DNA of 32,000 nucleotides from Moraxella nasovis (GTDB lineage Bacteria; Pseudomonadota; Gammaproteobacteria; Pseudomonadales; Moraxellaceae): NCBI RefSeq assembly GCF_022701215.1, contig NZ_CP089976.1, positions 1,110,001 to 1,142,000 of the forward strand, read 5' to 3'. Shown piece by piece: positions 1 to 7,169 of this stretch (position 1 is its first letter; each line of letters starts with the position of its first letter). The notes under the pieces were generated by a model. It saw only the letters and a program-made list of their open reading frames with translations, ran no database searches and was not told where the DNA came from. The position numbers and the translations under genes were made by a program.

Positions 1-3000
1 GGACCATTAAAGGTAGCTGTACCAGTCGTGGTTAGGTTTTTAAACTCAACATTGTCTTTAGTGGCAAAGGTGAATTTACCAGCATCTTGGACAATTTTGA
101 TGTTTTTACCAGCATCATAAGTGATAACATCATCAGCATTGATGAACTCACCTTCACTTTGCTCATTTTCAGTAGCTTTAGTAGGTAATGCTTTACCTGT
201 TTTTAAGAAATCTATTGCTTGCTCTTTTGTAATAACAGGTCTGTTACTTTCAAACTCACCACCTTCAGACTTCGTTGCTTTAGCAATAAAGCTTGAGTTA
301 TCAGCAGCTTTAGATAATTTTTCTACTGTCGTATCTAACTGACCCTTAGTAATCGCATCACCAGCTTCTGTACCATCTTTGATGTTTTTGATTTGACCGT
401 CTTTGGTAATGGTTAAACGTGTGTCTTTTTCGCCTTTTTTAGGAGCTTCACCCACTTTGATTTCATTGGTCACTTCAAGGTCTTTGGTGGTTGTTTTACC
501 ATCAACAGTTTGATCGCCTTTAACATGACTGTTACCATCAACAGTTTGATCACCACCTATAGTTTGGTTACCTTTAACATCTTGGTTACCAATGATTTGG
601 TTATCACCATATTGTTTGGTATTACCAATTTGCGTGGTATCACCTACTTGAGTGGTGTTGCCAGTATGAGCAATATCACCTTTGATGTTTTGACCTTTGT
701 TGAAGGTAGCAGTGTCGTTAAATGTAGCTTTACCATCTACAGTTTGGTTGCCACCTACTGTTTGGTTGCCTTCAACTGCTTGGTGACCATAAAGATGGTT
801 ATCACCATATTGTTTGGTGTTGCCAAACTGGGTGGTGTTACCTGTATGGAATATTTCACCATTGACGTTTTGACCTTTGTTGAAGGTAGCAGTGTCGTTA
901 AATGTAGCTTTACCATCTACAGTTTGGTTGCCACCTACTGTTTGGTTGCCTTCAACTGCTTGGTGACCATAAAGATGGTTATCACCATATTGTTTGGTGT
1001 TGCCAAACTGGGTGGTGTTACCTGTATGGAATATTTCACCATTGACGTTTTGACCTTTGTTAAAATGAGCAGGACCATTAAAGGTAGCTGTACCAGTCGT
1101 GGTTAGGTTTTTAAACTCAACATTGTCTTTAGTGGCAAAGGTGAATTTACCAGCATCTTGGACAATTTTGATGTTTTTACCAGCATCATAAGTGATAACA
1201 TCATCAGCATTGATGAACTCACCTTCACTTTGCTCATTTTCAGTAGCTTTAGTAGGTAATGCTTTACCTGTTTTTAAGAAATCTATTGCTTGCTCTTTTG
1301 TAATAACAGGTCTGTTACTTTCAAACTCACCACCTTCAGACTTCGTTGCTTTAGCAATAAAGCTTGAGTTATCAGCAGCTTTAGATAATTTTTCTACTGT
1401 CGTATCTAACTGACCCTTAGTAATCGCATCACCAGCTTCTGTACCATCTTTGATGTTTTTGATTTGACCGTCTTTGGTAATGGTTAAACGTGTGTCTTTT
1501 TCGCCTTTTTTAGGAGCTTCACCCACTTTGATTTCATTGGTCACTTCAAGGTCTTTGGTGGTTGTTTTACCATCAACAGTTTGATCGCCTTTAACATGAC
1601 TGTTACCATCAACAGTTTGATCACCACCTATAGTTTGGTTACCTTTAACATCTTGGTTACCAATGATTTGGTTATCACCATATTGTTTGGTATTACCAAT
1701 TTGCGTGGTATCACCTACTTGAGTGGTGTTGCCAGTATGAGCAATATCACCTTTGATGTTTTGACCTTTGTTGAAGGTAGCAGTGTCGTTAAATGTAGCT
1801 TTACCATCTACAGTTTGGTTGCCACCTACTGTTTGGTTGCCTTCAACTGCTTGGTGACCATAAAGATGGTTATCACCATATTGTTTGGTGTTGCCAAACT
1901 GGGTGGTGTTACCTGTATGGAATATTTCACCATTGACGTTTTGACCTTTGTTGAAGGTAGCAGTGTCGTTAAATGTAGCTTTACCATCTACAGTTTGGTT
2001 GCCACCTACTGTTTGGTTGCCTTCAACTGCTTGGTGACCATAAAGATGGTTATCACCATATTGTTTGGTGTTGCCAAACTGGGTGGTGTTACCTGTATGG
2101 AATATTTCACCATTGACGTTTTGACCTTTGTTAAAATGAGCAGGACCATTAAAGGTAGCTGTACCAGTCGTGGTTAGGTTTTTAAACTCAACATTGTCTT
2201 TAGTGGCAAAGGTGAATTTACCAGCATCTTGGACAATTTTGATGTTTTTACCAGCATCATAAGTGATAACATCATCAGCATTGATGAACTCACCTTCACT
2301 TTGCTCATTTTCAGTAGCTTTAGTAGGTAATGCTTTACCTGTTTTTAAGAAATCTATTGCTTGCTCTTTTGTAATAACAGGTCTGTTACTTTCAAACTCA
2401 CCACCTTCAGACTTCGTTGCTTTAGCAATAAAGCTTGAGTTATCAGCAGCTTTAGATAATTTTTCTACTGTCGTATCTAACTGACCCTTAGTAATCGCAT
2501 CACCAGCTTCTGTACCATCTTTGATGTTTTTGATTTGACCGTCTTTGGTAATGGTTAAACGTGTGTCTTTTTCGCCTTTTTTAGGAGCTTCACCCACTTT
2601 GATTTCATTGGTCACTTCAAGGTCTTTGGTGGTTGTTTTACCATCAACAGTTTGATCGCCTTTAACATGACTGTTACCATCAACAGTTTGATCACCACCT
2701 ATAGTTTGGTTACCTTTAACATCTTGGTTACCAATGATTTGGTTATCACCATATTGTTTGGTATTACCAATTTGCGTGGTATCACCTACTTGAGTGGTGT
2801 TGCCAGTATGAGCAATATCACCTTTGATGTTTTGACCTTTGTTGAAGGTAGCAGTGTCGTTAAATGTAGCTTTACCATCTACAGTTTGGTTGCCACCTAC
2901 TGTTTGGTTGCCTTCAACTGCTTGGTGACCATAAAGATGGTTATCACCATATTGTTTGGTGTTGCCAAACTGGGTGGTGTTACCTGTATGGAATATTTCA

Positions 3001-3704
3001 CCATTGACGTTTTGACCTTTGTTGAAGGTAGCAGTGTCGTTAAATGTAGCTTTACCATCTACAGTTTGGTTGCCACCTACTGTTTGGTTGCCTTCAACTG
3101 CTTGGTGACCATAAAGATGGTTATCACCATATTGTTTGGTGTTGCCAAACTGGGTGGTGTTACCTGTATGGAATATTTCACCATTGACGTTTTGACCTTT
3201 GTTAAAATGAGCAGGACCATTAAAGGTAGCTGTACCAGTCGTGGTTAGGTTTTTAAACTCAACATTGTCTTTAGTGGCAAAGGTGAATTTACCAGCATCT
3301 TGGACAATTTTGATGTTTTTACCAGCATCATAAGTGATAACATCATCAGCATTGATGAACTCACCTTCACTTTGCTCATTTTCAGTAGCTTTAGTAGGTA
3401 ATGCTTTACCTGTTTTTAAGAAATCTATTGCTTGCTCTTTTGTAATAACAGGTCTGTTACTTTCAAACTCACCACCTTCAGACTTCGTTGCTTTAGCAAT
3501 AAAGCTTGAGTTATCAGCAGCTTTAGATAATTTTTCTACTGTCGTATCTAACTGACCCTTAGTAATCGCATCACCAGCTTCTGTACCATCTTTGATGTTT
3601 TTGATTTGACCGTCTTTGGTAATGGTTAAACGTGTGTCTTTTTCGCCTTTTTTAGGAGCTTCACCCACTTTGATTTCATTGGTCACATCAAGGTCTTTGG
3701 TGGT
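1..3704. repeat. Tandem array of 1071-bp (357-codon, in-frame) units: 3 full copies plus about 0.46 of a copy, continuing past the left edge
   Basis: Position 1 aligns with 1072, 2143 and 3214. The shadow ORFs at 121/1192/2263/3334 and 510/1581/2652 give identical translations, and stretches I compared by eye are identical. The first mismatch is at 3687, and the sequences diverge after 3704. Confidence 0.95.
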
Positions 3705-6242
3705 CACTTTTTCGCTTGCATTGACATTCTTACCGCTAACGGTTTCAGTCGCAGTTACGTTTTTACCGCTGATAGTACCCTCAGTTGTGGTGATGTTGCC
3801 TGTTGATGTTAGGCTATCGACACTCGTTGCACCTAATGTACTTTTACCTGCTTCTAGCGTACCGCCTTTTAGCTTGCCTGTCGCTGTGACATTAGTAACA
3901 TTGATACTGTCTTTTAGGCTAACCTGTACTTTGGTACTACCATCAACATTGTCAGTGATAACTTTGGTATCAATATTTTTGGCATCACCTGCGACGGTTA
4001 GGGTCATGCCATCGCCCAGTTTTTGGGTGTCTGTTGTGTCGGTATCACCTTTCACCTTAAAGCCTTTTTCTAGGGTTGCCTTGGTGGCGTCTGCGGTGGC
4101 TTTTGCATCATCAGCGACTCCCTTAGCTTCTTCAGCTTTTGCTTTAGCGTCAGTCGCCTCTGCTTTAGCCTCACCAGCAGTAGTATTTGCTTTTTCAGCT
4201 TTTTGCTTGGCTTCATTAGCAACACCTTCTGCTGCAGTTGCTTTTTGGCTTGCAGCGTTGGCGGTGCTTTCTGCTGTCGTGGCTTTTTGTGTTGCTGTAT
4301 TAGCCGCATTTTGAGCATTGGTGGCGGTTTGGCTTGCAGTATTGGCGGTACTTTGGGCGTTCTCTGCAGCGGTCTTGGCCTCGTTTGCCTTATTTGTGGC
4401 GGTTGTGACCTGACCATCTACATACTGCTTGTTGGTTAAGTCTGTGTTGTCTGTTGGCGTATGGCTAGATTTGATGGCTTTTGTACCTGCATTGATGCCA
4501 GTATTATTAATAGTCGTGCCAGCAACGCTTAAAGAGCCATTTGTGCCGAGATCCACGTCTTTGGCTAAACTAATTTCTAAACCACTTTTTTGGTTCTCAC
4601 CACTTCCTTCGGTAAACGATTTAACCGTGATATTTTTGGTAGTGGTTGCCGTTGATGCGGTGGTTGGTGCCGTGCTACCACCTCTGATATTAAGTGTTTC
4701 ACCCAGTTTTTTGGCGACTGCATTGCCCGTATCACCTTGGAAATTCATCGCTTTTTCTGCTTTTTGGGTGACGGTGGTAATCAGCGTTGCTTGGTTTTTA
4801 ATGGCTTCGCTGTTCTTTCCAACTTCTTTTTCAACTTCTTGTTGTTTTTCAGAGACTTTTACTGACATATTATACAGCTGTGAGCCGTTGATGGCGTCAG
4901 TGCTGTCTTCGGCGATTCGTCCTGCCGCTACGTTTTGGATTTGGCGGTATTGTCTTTTATAGTCACTTGCAGTGGCTTTGGTGTAGGTTGATGGGTCGGC
5001 ATCTTTATCGCCTATATACACCACTTCTTTTTTGACTGTGATTTGTTTTGTTTGTGCTGCCTCACCCTCTTTTTTGGGGAGTGTTATTGTTTCTGGAACG
5101 TCTTCTACTTTTACAATGACTTTTTTATCAGGGTTTGTGGCGACGATACCACCTACAGAGACGACACCAATCACTTCACTTTCTTTTGAACCTGCAAATG
5201 GGGTCAAATCTGATCCCGGTGTAGCATCTGCTCCATAAGTATAGGTGACGCCATTGACGGTAACTTCTGATTTGGCGGTAGGGACTTGTGGCGTTGTGGT
5301 AATCGAGTCATTACCCAATGCGACAGAGTTGGCTAGTACCGCTTTTGCATTTGTACCAAAAGCTAAGGCATTAGCAGCGGTGGCTTGGGAGTTTGTACCC
5401 ACGGAGACGGTGTTTGTTTCGGTGGCTTGAGCTTGTGTACCAAAGGCGAAAGTATTGTCTTTTAAAGCGTTACTTTTTACACCCAAGGCGATGGCATTAG
5501 CACCATTAGAGATCGCCCCTACACCAGCTGCGATAGACTGCTCTGAGTTAGCTTTTGCACCTGAACCTAATGCTAATGAGGCATTACCGCCTGATGATGC
5601 CTGAGCACCAATGGCAGTTGCTACAAAGCCGCTCGCCTTGGCATTAGTACCAACAGCAATAGCAGATGAGCCTGTAGTGACGGTTTTTGAACCAATAGCA
5701 ATGGCTAATGAGCCACTAGCTTCAACCGTTTCTGTATCGCTTGTACCCCAATCTTGATCTTCAACTCGCACACCTGTATATTTTTCATATTGTTGTTTAT
5801 TATAAGTAGTATTAAAATCGCTAGGATCATCATTACCAATAGCAATTGAACCACCTCCAGATGCCTTAGCTTGAGCACCTAAAGCCAATGCCTGCTCACC
5901 ACTAGCTTTGGCATGAGCACCTATCGCTGTAGAGCCTTGATTATCCTTAGCTTCTGCAGATGCACCTATCACGAAAGACTGCGAATGACCTCTGCCACTT
6001 GCCTTAAAACCCCCATTGGTGCCGTCTGTCTTTACCGCCCATGCTGGCGTGATACTCGCCCCGATGACCGCAAGCATAATCGCACTCACCGCAAAGACAC
6101 GCCCCCCCCCAGAGCTTGCACCGACTGAGACGGTGTCGGTGCTACCGACTGTGCTGTTTTTCTTACACGCTTTGGCGTATTCTGACACAGCAGCATAAGT
6201 GCCTGTGGCTTTATTAAAGACGACGCGATAGATTTTGTTCAT
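1..6242 (-). CDS. Trimeric autotransporter adhesin (YadA / Hag-MID-like), N-terminal 2080 codons. The rest of the stalk and the membrane anchor lie beyond the left window edge.
   Basis: I translated the minus strand by hand from the ATG at 6242-6240 down to about 2580 with no stop; the rest consists of exact copies of translated sequence. The SD aggag (complement of 6251-6255) sits upstream. The N-terminus MNKIYRVVFNKATGTYAAVSEYAKA is an extended signal peptide region, followed by a hydrophobic core and ITPAWA/VK cleavage (aa 69). About aa 85-340 carry 14-residue YadA-head repeats (SIAIGNDD, AIAVGTNAKASGFV, ATAIGAQASSGGNA, SLALGSGAKANSEQ ... NSVALGNDSITT, VNGVTYTYGA). Neck motifs are RQIQNVAAGRIAEDSTDAINGSQLY (4872-4955) and GQIKNIKDGTEAGDAITKGQL in each repeat. 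An Ala-rich heptad coiled coil spans 4068-4409. The ORF is missing from the track only because it is edge-truncated. Confidence 0.9.
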   Translation of the reverse strand, partial: MNKIYRVVFNKATGTYAAVSEYAKACKKNSTVGSTDTVSVGASSGGGRVFAVSAIMLAVIGASITPAWAVKTDGTNGGFKASGRGHSQSFVIGASAEAKDNQGSTAIGAHAKASGEQALALGAQAKASGGGSIAIGNDDPSDFNTTYNKQQYEKYTGVRVEDQDWGTSDTETVEASGSLAIAIGSKTVTTGSSAIAVGTNAKASGFVATAIGAQASSGGNASLALGSGAKANSEQSIAAGVGAISNGANAIALGVKSNALKDNTFAFGTQAQATETNTVSVGTNSQATAANALAFGTNAKAVLANSVALGNDSITTTPQVPTAKSEVTVNGVTYTYGADATPGSDLTPFAGSKESEVIGVVSVGGIVATNPDKKVIVKVEDVPETITLPKKEGEAAQTKQITVKKEVVYIGDKDADPSTYTKATASDYKRQYRQIQNVAAGRIAEDSTDAINGSQLYNMSVKVSEKQQEVEKEVGKNSEAIKNQATLITTVTQKAEKAMNFQGDTGNAVAKKLGETLNIRGGSTAPTTASTATTTKNITVKSFTEGSGENQKSGLEISLAKDVDLGTNGSLSVAGTTINNTGINAGTKAIKSSHTPTDNTDLTNKQYVDGQVTTATNKANEAKTAAENAQSTANTASQTATNAQNAANTATQKATTAESTANAASQKATAAEGVANEAKQKAEKANTTAGEAKAEATDAKAKAEEAKGVADDAKATADATKATLEKGFKVKGDTDTTDTQKLGDGMTLTVAGDAKNIDTKVITDNVDGSTKVQVSLKDSINVTNVTATGKLKGGTLEAGKSTLGATSVDSLTSTGNITTTEGTISGKNVTATETVSGKNVNASEKVTTKDLDVTNEIKVGEAPKKGEKDTRLTITKDGQIKNIKDGTEAGDAITKGQLDTTVEKLSKAADNSSFIAKATKSEGGEFESNRPVITKEQAIDFLKTGKALPTKATENEQSEGEFINADDVITYDAGKNIKIVQDAGKFTFATKDNVEFKNLTTTGTATFNGPAHFNKGQNVNGEIFHTGNTTQFGNTKQYGDNHLYGHQAVEGNQTVGGNQTVDGKATFNDTATFNKGQNVNGEIFHTGNTTQFGNTKQYGDNHLYGHQAVEGNQTVGGNQTVDGKATFNDTATFNKGQNIKGDIAHTGNTTQVGDTTQIGNTKQYGDNQIIGNQDVKGNQTIGGDQTVDGNSHVKGDQTVDGKTTTKDLEVTNEIKVGEAPKKGEKDTRLTITKDGQIKNIKDGTEAGDAITKGQLDTTVEKLSKAADNSSFIAKATKSEGGEFESNRPVITKEQAIDFLKTGKALPTKATENEQSEGEFINADDVITYDAGKNIKIVQDAGKFTFATKDNVEFKNLTTTGTATFNGPAHFNKGQNVNGEIFHTGNTTQFGNTKQYGDNHLYGHQAVEGNQTVGGNQTVDGKATFNDTATFNKGQNVNGEIFHTGNTTQFGNTKQYGDNHLYGHQAVEGNQTVGGNQTVDGKATFNDTATFNKGQNIKGDIAHTGNTTQVGDTTQIGNTKQYGDNQIIGNQDVKGNQTIGGDQTVDGNSHVKGDQTVDGKTTTKDLEVTNEIKVGEAPKKGEKDTRLTITKDGQIKNIKDGTEAGDAITKGQLDTTVEKLSKAADNSSFIAKATKSEGGEFESNRPVITKEQAIDFLKTGKALPTKATENEQSEGEFINADDVITYDAGKNIKIVQDAGKFTFATKDNVEFKNLTTTGTATFNGPAHFNKGQNVNGEIFHTGNTTQFGNTKQYGDNHLYGHQAVEGNQTVGGNQTVDGKATFNDTATFNKGQNVNGEIFHTGNTTQFGNTKQYGDNHLYGHQAVEGNQTVGGNQTVDGKATFNDTATFNKGQNIKGDIAHTGNTTQVGDTTQIGNTKQYGDNQIIGNQDVKGNQTIGGDQTVDGNSHVKGDQTVDGKTTTKDLEVTNEIKVGEAPKKGEKDTRLTITKDGQIKNIKDGTEAGDAITKGQLDTTVEKLSKAADNSSFIAKATKSEGGEFESNRPVITKEQAIDFLKTGKALPTKATENEQSEGEFINADDVITYDAGKNIKIVQDAGKFTFATKDNVEFKNLTTTGTATFNG
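6102..6110 (-). repeat. Homopolymeric G9 tract on the coding strand (C9 on +) inside adhesin codons 45-47 (signal peptide)
   Basis: The coding strand reads gca agc tct ggg ggg ggg cgt gtc (ASSGGGRV). The tract length currently keeps the frame open. Confidence 0.95.
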
Positions 6243-6749
6243 AAAAAAATCTCCTAAAAATAAAAATAAATGATGGTATATCAAACGGCATGTCAATCAA
6301 AAACACATACTGATAAAACCAATCGCACGCTTAGATCAACCACCGAGCATGACAGTGCCATCAATACAGTTTCTTACCTATATTTTACCAAATGCACCAG
6401 CTGTTATACAAACAGCCCCCAAGTGCATTATCCAAAAATTGCCCGTTTTTTTGGTGCATTTTGGATAAAAAACCCATTATCCCTAACAATCTTTACAAAT
6501 CACTACAAAACTCTTCCCACTAAATCCAGCACACCTGTACACAAAATAGATAATGGAATGGGTGCTATTAGTGAACACTTGTGCATGATATTAGTGTACA
6601 AATGTGCTTTATTTTATGGGTGTGTTTATCACCATAGACAGGCATTTTTAGGGCTAATATCGCCTATGACGATGGGCTGACCGTTAAACGAGATTTGTGC
6701 AAATTTGGCAGTTTTTTATCGGTATAATTTTTTAAAACTTAATTAAATC

Positions 6750-6761
6750 GGGGGGGGGGGG
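6750..6761. repeat. Homopolymeric G12 tract (C12 on the minus strand) in the adhesin-parE intergenic region
   Basis: Read directly: aaatc-G12-taaatttta. It lies 508 bp upstream of the adhesin ATG and 409 bp upstream of the parE ATG. No ORF spans it in any frame. Confidence 0.95.
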
Positions 6762-7169
6762 TAAATTTTAGGTGTATATATGTAAACTAAAATGCAATAA
6801 AATCTATTTGGTAGCTTCGTAGGTGCTGGGTGATTTGTGGTGTTAGTTTATCGTTTATGCCACCAAAAAAATAATCAAAAACCAATCAAAAATTAGGCGT
6901 ATCATCGTCTAAAATAGACCGCCTATCTGTGCTAAACTTACGCTATGATGATAAGATAAAAGACGGGTACTATTTTTCTTAGATACATTTAAGAAAGGTT
7001 ATGTGTAATTTTGTATTATTTTTGTAAATATACACGAAAAAACGAAAAAGTCTAAAATGCCACACTGTTTTTGGGTGTTTTTGGGTTTTGTGGGCTTGTT
7101 TTGTAGTATAATGACAACATCACAGCGTGTAGCAGTTACCCCATTTATTTATAAAATTTTAAGAGTATC

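Noticed and set aside
121-3555. Repeated + strand ORFs in the track: 73 aa at 121, 1192, 2263 and 3334, and 198 aa at 510, 1581 and 2652
   Set aside because: They lie antisense to the continuous minus-strand adhesin frame and have no SD. Their odd Val/Thr/Leu/Phe-rich products simply mirror the Asn/Gly/Thr/Gln-rich sense codons. Their repetition only reflects the 1071-bp DNA repeat.
1-3704. Could the regular repeat array be CRISPR or an rRNA/IS array?
   Set aside because: The period is 1071 bp, with no short repeat/spacer alternation and no unique spacers. The whole array is in frame within a protein-coding gene.
3616-6198. Other track ORFs inside the adhesin gene: 3616-4314 +, 4070-4417 -, 4203-4439 +, 4429-4962 +, 5032-5238 +, 5245-5430 +, 5913-6128 +, 6016-6198 +
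   Set aside because: All are antisense or off-frame shadows of the TAA frame. 4070-4417 is on the minus strand but in a different phase from 6242. The Ala-rich GCN-type codon bias keeps the alternative frames open.
6270-6680. 136-aa + strand ORF in the adhesin-parE intergenic region
   Set aside because: It has no SD and a Cys/His/Thr/Tyr-rich low-plausibility composition in AT-rich promoter DNA. It overlaps the probable adhesin promoter/operator region.
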